A stretch of 39,594 bases of DNA from Vezdaea acicularis (lineage: Eukaryota): the NCBI GenBank assembly GCA_026025075.1, contig JAPEUI010000063.1, positions 62,001 through 101,594 on the forward strand, written 5' to 3'. Position numbers and translations under genes: made by a program. Of this stretch, positions 1 through 10,177 are shown piece by piece. The notes below the pieces were generated by a model. It was not told the origin of the DNA and ran no database searches. It saw only the letters and a list, made by a program, of their open reading frames with translations. Positions within the stretch are counted from its first letter, which is position 1, and every line of letters starts with the position of its first letter.

Positions 1-878
1 TGGTGGGTTAAGTTTGGGTTCGCATCAAGTTTCGCGCATAGTAAATGAAACACCGCGCGGATCGTTGGCGGCGAAGACACTAAGTGGCCTGTGCAACACC
101 AAGATGATTTCTCACAGAACGTGCCAAACTTTTGCTTCGGAACTACTCAGACGCATGCGAAGAGTGGTCTGAAAAGGGCCGAGTCCAGTGTCAACGTCTG
201 GAGGTGTAATCCCTTGGAAATCTTCAATTCTTCATGGAAATATTAGAGATCGCTGTTAGAGTTCTGCTGACCGAGCTGTACACTGCCATGGTAGGGACAG
301 CAGCAATAATTTTAGGGAAGCCAGTGATTAGTCTTCGTCTAAGGTGAACTCATGGCTCCCACCCGAGAGGCATGAGGGGCTCACGGGCTACAAAGCCGAC
401 CTTAGCGTTCCAGCATGGTGATATGCACTGGCTGGCCTGGACGGAATAAGAGATCTAAATGGTCAAGAGAATGCAGCAACCAAGGCTTGGCTTTGAATAC
501 AGGGCCTGACGATTTTCCCAAGGCATACTTGCTGGACGAACTTGATCACACGACAATCGACAATCGTGGCAAGTAATCAAGACTTCTAACGCCCTCTTCC
601 TCGGTGGTCTGTGCTGTGATAGGCCCACCGCTCGGACCTGGATGATGATTATGAATGACATAAGGATCCTTCTTCACCTTGGTGAAAGAGAATGAGGTGT
701 AGCTGGATAAATCACGCTGCTAAGAGGCAGCAGAAAGACAAATTGCCAGTCGAACCAACGGGCGACAGACAGTGGAGTAACAGAAACCTATGAGGCAGCT
801 ATGACTGTGCCTCGAAAGCGCGGATCTGCAAAGTTTCGCATTGTGGTCACTGGCTTGCGAGTTCAACATGGATATCCC

Positions 879-1636
879 TCACAGGCCATGTGGTGGTCCG
901 CCCGAGCCATCTATACCAGACCCGACGCTTTTGCCCACACCCACGATTGGCTTATGGTCAGACGGATTAGCAGCAGCTTCGTATAAGACGCTGATAGGCT
1001 CCTTGTTCAGTTTTGTATGGTCTCCTTTGAAGCCTATATAAAAAATGCTCGTTTCGTCCTCCACTCCAGCACTCCAATTATCTTCAAAGAACAGTGTGAG
1101 CGATCGAGTCATATTGAACAAGGCTCGCTTTACTGGAATCTCTTGTATCGAAGAAGTCTGGGCAAGTTGGAGCGTTTGCGTTGGTGAAACATCGCTTGCA
1201 GCTGCAAAGTCAAGATCGTCGCGATTGATATAAATACGTAGGGTTTGCGGGGCAGAGGATGAATTCGAGGTACGAAATAGGATAGAATGTAGCTTGACTT
1301 GGCCTGCAAAACTATTGATAAAACCTTGGTCAAGAATTTCCTTTAATACAGGAGTGGATAGACGTACGGGATATACATGAGGAGCTGCTCATCAGCGTCG
1401 CTTTTGAGCTCTGGGTCTGCATTCATTCGTTCTTGCCACGATTTCTTGACAATAGCCTGGCCCGAATCAGGGATGCTTTCATTCAAAGTTGTGATATTGT
1501 CAAAATCTATTTCCTCGTAGATATACGATTGTAATGCTGGCGTAACATCATCAGTGTGATCATGCTCGCCCCCGTGACCGTTGGGGCCATGGTCGTGGTC
1601 GTGGCTGGCGTGCTCGTCATGGCAATTGTGCGACAT
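879..1636 (-). CDS. PITH-domain (proteasome-interacting thioredoxin-like) protein; 2 exons (1636-1368, 1311-879)
   Basis: His-rich N-terminus MSHNCHDEHASHDHDH, then motifs SDADEQLLMYIPFAGQVKLHSI, YINRDDLDF and IFYIGFKG. 56-nt GTACGT..TAG intron 1367-1312 restores the frame. Confidence 0.9.
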
Positions 1637-2239
1637 CGCTGTATCTAGGATATGGGCGCAGGGTTAAAAATCGGACTAACGTGAGCAGTATGTCAGGTGT
1701 TGTTGTTTTTGAATGTTCAATTTGCGACGGGTTATTGATTTGATTTGTTGGTTGATGATATTAGCTGCTAGGAAAGCACTTCCGTCAGTCACTGAGTGAA
1801 TTTAATTGAGCTCTTAAAATTAGCCGACTAAAAGGATCCTTTCAATGTTTCAATCTGGCCTCATTGAATTAACAGATTTTAGAAAGACGTAAGTCAGCGA
1901 AGATTAACGATCATATCTTTAACATTTGTTACAAGGCGCGTTCACACCATGAAGCGCCGAATCAACTCGCCACGTGCCGCTCAAGGCCTACATTTAGAAC
2001 TAAATGGGTTTAAGTTTTGACAGGGGGCGGACAAAGCTTAAATTCATCTCTCCAATCGAAGTATTCTTGGGCTCTGGCCAAGTTTCTGCTAGGTATCTAT
2101 GGAAGTAGTCTGTTGATCCTATTGATCTAGACACATCTAGGAGGAACGAATTCAGAAGATGCCTGAAGATGAGTCTGAAAAAGTCCATGAAGCAAGTGTG
2201 GAACACCGGCGAGCATTGTGAAATTGGCGGCATCCGGCT

Positions 2240-3418
2240 TCAACGACCATTGTTCATTGGCGCCTCCGCTGCAGGGCCTTCTGGCGTGACGTACGCCTAA
2301 CTACGTTAGCTAGCATTCTCAATTTATAAAACCAACCCGTGTAGTATTCTACCTTGGTCATACCACCATCAACCACGAAGTCCGTGCCGTTTACAAAGCT
2401 ACTCTCGTCACTAGCCAGGAAAACCACAGCCTGTGCCTGCTCGATAGCTTCTCCAAATCGGCCTGTCGGAAAATGTATTTCTCGTCGAGCACGTTTAGCT
2501 TTGTCCTCACCTAACCAGTCTTGTAGAAGTGGCGTACTACACTAATAGTAAATTATGGTTTGAGACCAGAATAGATGTGCTCAGTACATACTTCAACGGG
2601 GCAGGACAGAGCGAATTGAACCGAAATCCCTCCCGAGCGTGTACTATGGCCAGTTCCCTTGTCATGGCTAACACAGCGCCCTTGCTTGCGGTATACGCAA
2701 GCTGTGGTGTTGCAGCTCCCATTAGTGCAACGACACTCGCAGTATTAATAACACTGCCTCGCTTCTTGCGATGCTTTCGTAGAGCAATTACACCGTGCTT
2801 GCAGCCAAACCACACGCCCTTGACGTTGATGTTGTGAGTAAGGTCCCATACGGATTCAGGGGTCTCTATGGCATCGGCGTCGGCGCTATGCATGATACCG
2901 GCGTTGTTGAAGAGAACATCGAGACCGCCCCACTCATCCATCGACTCAATTGCGGATGCTACAGATGCCTCTACACTGACATCACAAACAACGCTAGAGA
3001 GCTTCCCATGACTAGGGACGACTGACTGAAGCTTTCGGACTGCGACTTCCAGGCCAGGGGCAGAGACATCCGTCATAAGCACATTAGCACCTTCCTTAGC
3101 AAAGAGAATTGCAGTCTCCAGTCCAATGCCCCTGTAATATTTTAGCAAGGTAGCAATCTATTCTCTTGGTGGGGAGTAAAGCTGGACTGAGCAAAAGGCT
3201 TCAAGTGAGAGGCGCAGCAACGAACATCCACACGAGAGAGATCATGAATCTGGAGAGCACCAAGAGCAGCAACGGTTTGGTACTAACTTTACCCGCGGGC
3301 TGAGACTCTGACGTATATTCCCCCTAAGCTTGCAGATAGAAAAAGCGTGAAAAGAGCAATCCAGCACCTACCCTGCAGCACCTGTGATCATTGCGTTCTT
3401 TCCTTCGAGTCGACCCAT
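2240..3418 (-). CDS. Short-chain dehydrogenase/reductase (classical, probably NAD-dependent); 4 exons
   Basis: Spliced start [19 protein letters not shown] (TGxxxGIG), NNAG, catalytic YTASK, C-terminal [11 protein letters not shown]. Introns 3371-3132, 2591-2537 and 2352-2297 are all GT-AG and frame-preserving. Confidence 0.92.
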
Positions 3419-4342
3419 AGTCACGGAAGAGATGTTGAACTCTTACTTGCGTAGGGTATTCAGGAAGTTGAAGTCCTCTACTGGTGTGGAACTCAATGGA
3501 GGAGCACAGAAGTCGTAAGATTAAAAAATGAAAAAGAGGTGTCCGCGTAAGATGTCTGTTATGCTCAGTCGCATCTACAGCCTTGAGCAGGTAACAGATA
3601 CCTCTTACGTACTTGCTAAGCAAGATAACGACTCTCAAAGGAGGAATGAATCTATTTCCGTTGACTCAGGTCAAGCAATCAAGCGTTGGTGAGATCCTGG
3701 CGTTGGGGATTTGATGGTGGTGGAATAGCCAACGTGTCGGATTCTCGTGAAATTCCTATCGGAATGAACCGGGTAACCAGTGAATATGGAGAATAGGATG
3801 TGATAAGATTTCGGCTTAGATAAAGCACTGACACAGCTTCAAACATTCCAAAAATACGAACTAAGCTTGAAGTACTGCTTCGACTAGCATTCGTGGTAGG
3901 GTGCACAAAGCCCGCAAGCTGGAAGCTACACGAAGTCCGCCCAGCCAAAGGACGGAGAAATGGCACTGACGAGACAGCTTTCAACCATATGGCTTATCCA
4001 TGGAAACTGCAGAGCACAGTCGACTTATTTCAAAGCGATCAAGCAATCTGCACACTTGAACATCCCATGATGCTCATTCATATGGGCCTGGGGACTTCGT
4101 TGCCGCATGAATGCCATGGGAACTTACTCTGACGTATGAGACGATAAGCTTCCGCCGAGCTTAAGCTCCGTAGTTGCGACTAGAGCTCCACCAACCCCTC
4201 ATCGCACTTACACGTACGACATGTCTTGCGACAACTAGATGACTTTGTTGAACTGCACACAAGGGCTAAGAGTTCACTTTTGCCAGTTCCAATGAAATTC
4301 GCCGCACCCTCAATATACTTTGAGCCCTAATCTTTAAGTAAT
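3419..4342. promoter_or_regulatory. Divergent promoter region of SDR and GS-like gene, with candidate GATA (AreA-type) and bZIP (CpcA/AP-1) sites
   Basis: HGATAR at 3623, 3756 (minus strand), 3801, 3818 and 4142; TGACTCA at 3662-3668. Function is inferred only. Confidence 0.4.
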
Positions 4343-5938
4343 ATGCCTGGCCTCACCTCGGAGGGGCTCCCCGAGCTCCTCAGAGATGACACAAAGGTTA
4401 AACTTGCTGGAGTCGATGTCGATGGTATGCTCCGTGGAAAATTAGTTACCAAGAAAAAGTTCCTTTCTGTAGCCAAAGATGGGTTCGGCTTCTGCTCGGT
4501 CATCTTTGGCTGGGATATGCATGATTTGACATATTTTAAGGAATTGAGAATTAGTAACAAGGAGAACGGCTACAGAGATATGCTTGCGATGCCAGATTTG
4601 AGTAGTTTTCGAAGAATTCCATGGGAAGACAATGTACCTTTCTTCCTGGTTAGCTTCCTCGATCCTGACACCTTAGAGCCTATAAGTGCTTGCCCACGGG
4701 GGTTACTAAAGCGGATGCTGAAGAGGCTTGAGAAAAAGAAATGGGGCGCAATGGCTGGAGGTAAGATTCTCTACAAAGGGTTCAAGGCATGGCCTACAGC
4801 TAGGGGTCTTTAAGTTGGGCTCACACTAACCCGAAATGCGGTCCTCTAGCGGAGTATGAATTCTTCCAATTTCGAGTTCCAAGCTCAATCGATGGCCTGG
4901 CAGCTGAGCGTAACTCATCTTCAACGGCTACGTTCCTCCGAGATAAACCGGTGGACACGCTACCGTCTCTCACAGAGGGTATGTTTGGGTATAGCTTGAC
5001 AAGACCTGTACACAACCAAGATTACTATTATGGTATATTTGACGCATGCGAGAAGTTCAATTGTGGGATTGAGGGTTGGCATACAGAAAGCGGACCGGGT
5101 GTTTATGAAGCTGCTCTTGAGTTTGGAGAAATCGCGGGAATGGCAGACAAAGCAAGCCTCTTCAAGTTCGTCTTCCTCCCCTTCTCAAACTCCAAAGCGA
5201 GATTTAACTATTCCTAGGTATGTCGCCAAATGTATTGGCAGTAAACATGGTATAACCCCCTGCTTCATGGCCAAACCACGCCAGGGTCTTCCTGGAAACT
5301 CCGGACACATGCACATCTCCCTTGTCTCCTCCTCAGGAGAGAACCTTTTCTACCGTGGCGCCAAAGACCCGAACCCACCATATCCTGACCTGGCGCACCT
5401 CTCCAATATGGGGCGTCACTTCCTTGCTGGCCTTCTCGAAGGTTTGCCGGACGTCATGCCTCTAGTAGCCCCAACAATAAATTCCTATAAACGCTTAGTC
5501 GAGAACTTCTGGGCTCCTGTAACCGTCTCTTGGGGTCTTGAGCATCGCGCTGCCTCTATCCGCTTGATTGCACCGCCAACGTCTAAGCCAGGAGCCACCC
5601 GCTTCGAGGTTCGCGTCGCCGGTGCAGATGCAAATCCGTATTACGTGCTTGCCGCTATTCTGGCAATGGGCTGGCGTGGTGTGGAGAAAGGGCTGGAGAT
5701 CACCGTTCCACCTCTGGGGAAAGGGGAGGACGTGGGCGGGGCGGCTGATAAAGGGGTTAGGCTTGCAAAAAGTCTCAAGGAGGCGAACGATAGGTTTATG
5801 CGGAAGGAGAGTCTAGCGCGGGAGGTATTTGGTGACGAGTTTGTGGAGCACTTTGGAGGCACGAGGGAGCACGAAGTAAAGCTTTGGGAGGAGGCAGTCA
5901 CTGACTGGGAGGTAAAGCGATATATCGAGACAGTATAG
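4343..5938 (+). CDS. Glutamine synthetase-like protein (GSI-like gamma-glutamyl-amine ligase); 3 exons
   Basis: Motifs DVDGMLRGK, AEYEFF, HTESGPGVYE, GNSGHMHISL, NSYKRLVENFWAP, WGLEHRAASIR and RFEVRVAGADANPY. Introns 4761-4849 and 5166-5217. Confidence 0.93.
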
Positions 5939-6161
5939 TTATCCTTTATTTATGGCCTCTGAATTTTCTGTCTCTGTGATATCGTCGGCCTTGTGTCGTT
6001 CAATCAGACTGCAAAAATATAAAGGATCATATGCTCACTATGTCATCACGACATACAATGACTCGAGGTTCATCTTATGTGATGACGGATAATTATCACT
6101 AGCCGAGGCGAGCTCACTAATATCTGCGCTTTTCTGCTATTCCATCCAGAAACCGCTCAGA

Positions 6162-6762
6162 ATGTTTTCGAGAACCATATTTCCACAGGTAAGCTATACA
6201 CTCTTGACTTAAATAAAGCAATACTAACATAGAAGGCTTTACGCCTATCCTCGCGCTGCATCGCTTCCCATGGCTTTCGACCCCTCGCCACACCTCTATC
6301 ACAATTTCCCTCTCTAACAGCGCGCTTTCTCTCAACGGAGACTCGCGCCGCAATCGATAAGGCAGTGGCTTCGGCTCCTGTAGTACTGTTCATGAAAGGG
6401 ACGCCGGAAACTCCACAGTGCGGCTTCTCGAGAGCGAGTATACAGGTCTTGGGACTTCAAGGAGTTGATCCAGCGAAGTTTAGCGCATTCAACGTTTTGG
6501 AGGACGAGGCTTTAAGGTCAGGTATGTTCACTCAAATAGCGGGTCTACTAAAGAATAAAAGCTAACAAATCGATCAATTACAGGCATAAAGGAGTACTCG
6601 GACTGGCCAACGATACCACAGCTTTACGTCAATAAGAATTTTGTAGGAGGGTGCGATATCCTGATGTCAATGCATCAGAATGGAGAACTTGCGAAGCTAC
6701 TAGAGGCTGAGAACGTGCTCGTGACGGAGTCGCCCGCGGAGGAAGGTACAACGGCAAAATAG
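6162..6762 (+). CDS. GRX5: Mitochondrial monothiol glutaredoxin; 3 exons
   Basis: Arg/Ser-rich presequence-like N-terminus, [27 protein letters not shown] and FVGGCDI. Introns 6189-6232 (or 6235) and 6522-6583. Confidence 0.95.
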
Positions 6763-7249
6763 GCAGGAAAAAAAATGATATACGATTTCCTAGGGTGCAC
6801 CTATGTATGATACTGTCTAAATAATACACGTAAGAACCAGGGGTTTCATTCACACAAAAACAGTTCAAGTACGATCTATTCTTGGGGAATAGGTTCATCT
6901 TTTGTATGCCCACACATTCCTCTCTTATCATCCCTAATTGCTTACATTGTCTATGCGAAGAGGTGTCTTTATCTGGCGCTCAAAGACGTCTTACATTTGT
7001 CGGTTAAGCGGAGATGTAATCGACATCTTGAGGAAATTACTGACACTTTGAAAACCACTTGGTTTCTCCCTGCTGATCTAGCCTAGTCATCTGCACAGTA
7101 ATGCAGATAAACCTGCTCTTATGCTAGGCATGGCACTCTCAGCACTGCGTTCAAACTTACTAGTATTCGCCGGGCTAGGTCACTTCGATGCGTATTATAT
7201 TTGAGAATGAGACCTTTTGAGGGTTTAGGAATCCATACTAGTGTTGCTT

Positions 7250-7954
7250 TCATGCACCCTCATGATCTTCTTGTAGATATATAGGAAGCTTCGCTACGAT
7301 GACTTCAACAATCTGCGTCCATTCTTTCATAGCCCCGTCACCCACGTCCCCACAGGCCAGAGTTTTCTCTATTGGCCTTAACACTTCAACCCATCCATCG
7401 TCACCTCCCCAATCTTCCTCTAACAATTTGATATGTTTCTTCGTAACAGGATGCCTCCACATGCCCGTATTCATAGCTGGCGCCACAACTATCTTCTTTG
7501 GTTTCTCCCTTCCCTCAATCTCGCCCGTTGTATCCCATGCACGGATAACTGACAGCAATAAGTTATCACTAAACCCTCCAACCATCTTGGCCATGGAATT
7601 CGCAGACAGTGGTGCTACGACTAAGATGTCTGCCCAGCGCCGTAATTCGATGTGCAATATCGGATCACCGCGGCGCCAAGGTAACTTCCACTCATCCTCA
7701 TCGAGATGAACACCGTCGACATTCGTCATCCGGCCTAGCTCTTCCAGTGTGACTTGCTCCGGACTCTGACCTCCAAGGAATCTCCGCGCGGGCTCGGTCA
7801 GGAGAAGGCGAATTGAGGTATTGCGGTATTCACCTAGTTTACGCACGATGTTAAGGATCTTGATGGTCGCTACGGAACCGCTAGCAGCGAGGAGGATGTG
7901 CTTTTTGCCAGAGTTAATATAGTCCGATGCTTTGAAAACCTGTTGCGTCGGCAT
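7250..7954 (-). CDS. Phosphopantothenoylcysteine decarboxylase (Hal3/Cab3 HFCD flavoprotein)
   Basis: Intronless 234-aa ORF with LLAASGSVATIK, LHIELRRWAD, APLSANSMAK, PAMNTGMW and LACGDVGDGAM (catalytic His and Cys both present). Confidence 0.93.
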   Translation of the reverse strand: MPTQQVFKASDYINSGKKHILLAASGSVATIKILNIVRKLGEYRNTSIRLLLTEPARRFLGGQSPEQVTLEELGRMTNVDGVHLDEDEWKLPWRRGDPILHIELRRWADILVVAPLSANSMAKMVGGFSDNLLLSVIRAWDTTGEIEGREKPKKIVVAPAMNTGMWRHPVTKKHIKLLEEDWGGDDGWVEVLRPIEKTLACGDVGDGAMKEWTQIVEVIVAKLPIYLQEDHEGA

Positions 7955-8800
7955 GGTCGCTCAGTGTGTGTTGATTCCTCATGTCCGTATGGTAACAAAG
8001 GAACCCTCCAGAGCATGCAAGACAGTAAACGACATCGCGCTTGCGACTGTGCTGCGCAAGGCCACACGCGTAGATGAGATACAGTTCTCACGTTAGACGG
8101 CCCTTTTCCTTCGGCTGTCAAACTAGCTACGCGCCATGGCCGTAGGAGGTTCCCTTAGCACCGTAATCAATACGTCTGGCGGGAACCGGCAGACTAAAGG
8201 ACCTTGCCCTGGGACCCGCATCCTATTCCGTCACCGCACAAATTCTACCCGCAGCTATCAAGCGGCTATTAGCGGTTGAACTTTCGAGATGGCCGTCTAC
8301 AAGACTTGCGCCCTCCCCTTGATGACTATCCCCAATGCTAAAAGATTTGATGCCGTGTATCCGGGCCGTGATTCTACCGATTTACTTCGAGCCAGCCTCT
8401 AGGAAACGTTCATTGTGGCCATATCTTTAATTTCGGAAGATCCCAACTGAGCAGGTCGCTGCCGCGGGCTGAGTCGCGTTCGCCACTGATAGGATGGAAC
8501 CCCTCAATTGAAGCATAACGCCCTGTTAGCTGCGGCGATTTGTCTTTTAGGGGCAGGATCCTCTTGATAAGAGAATAATTTCTTTACTGAGGCGTTCGCT
8601 CCATGTGTTGTGGCGTCATTGAACACACTGGTTCAACGGCTATTTAAGTTCTCTCTAGCTCCCCCACCCTGCTATCACTGGTGACACACATTTCACAACA
8701 TCTTTTTTCTCATTGAAAGAAATCAGTCTTTCAAGTCGAATCCTTCCAAGACGTTGATATAGATCAGCAGACCCCATTTCCCATTCATCAAACAATCAAT

Positions 8801-10177
8801 ATGTCTCCCTCAGCTATAAGCCCAGTGGAGACCCCAATTCTTGTTAAAAAGGGCGTCTCCTCATTACTAACCTCCACCGCCCCCTCCATCACTCCCTCAA
8901 CAAACATCTCTACTGCAGCATCACACCTCTCCGAACTCAATGCCTCACTCCTCCATACGACCCCTACGGATTCTCCGAAAATCGTCCCTGCCTTGTCCTC
9001 CCCCGAGATCCTCAGTGGAAACAGCTGCACCGATCACATGCTAACCGCGAACTGGACCTCCACCACAGGCTGGGCGCCCCCGCACATCCTCCCATATGGC
9101 CCCCTCTCTCTTGAACCTACTGCTTCCGTCCTACATTACGCAACAACCTGCTTCGAAGGGATGAAAGCTTACCGGGGCCACGATGGCCAAATACGACTCT
9201 TCCGCCCTAGTCTGAACTGCAGTCGTATGGTCTCCTCTGCAAGCCGTATCGCCTTACCAGCCTTCGATCCGCGTGAGCTCGAGAAGCTAGTAAAAGCATT
9301 TATTGCATACGAAGGACCAAAGTGGCTCCCGAAGAGTCGACCCGGGACGTTCTTATATCTCCGTCCGACCCTGATTGCGAACTCGGCAGCGCTAGGTGTC
9401 TCCACGCCGAACGAGGCGACCTTATTCATCGTCGCGGCGTTCCTCCCCTCCATTGATGAACACCCTGCTGTCCCTCTACCCTCATCCGGGCATATAACTC
9501 CTCAGATGCGCCGCGCTGCCAAGCCGGGTCTTAAGCTGCTCGCCTCATGCGAAGACAGCATCCGCGCGTGGCCCGGCGGGTTCGGGTACGCAAAGGTCGG
9601 CGCGAACTACGCCCCGAGCCTGATCGCTCAGGCAGAGGCTAGAGCATCTGGGTACGATTCCGTGCTGTGGTTATTCGGGCAAAATGCGGAGGTTACGGAG
9701 GCAGGAACAAGTAACTTCATGGTTGTACTAAGAAGTAGGGAGGGGCGCAAGCAATTAAAGACGGCACCGCTTGGGGACAAAATCATTCTGGACGGAGTGA
9801 CGCGGCGGAGCGTTTTGGAGCTTGCGAGGGAGCGGCTTCGGGGTGAGCTGGAGGTTGTGGAGGAGAAGTTTGGAATGGGCGAGGTGGTTGAGGCAGCAAG
9901 AGAGGGGCGGTTGGTGGAAGCGTTTACGTGTGGGACTGCGGTAAGTTTTCGCTCTGAATGCATGAGGGGTATTTGACGGACTGAACACTGATATTATATT
10001 ATGTAGTACTTCGTAAGTGCCGTGAGCGAGATTAACTACCGTGGCGTGGATCTGGATGTTCCGCTTGCGGAAGGGAACATTGGGACTTATGCTAAGGCTA
10101 TTAAGAACTGGCTAAGGGATATTAAGTATGGAAACGTGCAGCATCCATGGGGAGTTGTGATCGGGGAGGTAGAGTAA
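8801..10177 (+). CDS. Branched-chain amino acid aminotransferase (class IV PLP enzyme); 2 exons
   Basis: LHYATTCFEGMKAY, LYLRPT, GYAKVGANY (PLP lysine), EAGTSNF, ILDGVTRRS and TCGTA. Intron 9941-10006; exon 2 ends IKYGNVQHPWGVVIGEVE*. Confidence 0.94.

Noticed and set aside
3132..3371. Stwintron or TPP riboswitch in the long SDR intron
   Set aside because: Single-step removal already gives the correct frame, and no TPP aptamer core is present on the transcribed strand.
6042..6086. Inverted repeat GTCATCAC/GTGATGAC upstream of GRX5
   Set aside because: An 8-bp stem with a 29-nt loop is within chance expectation.
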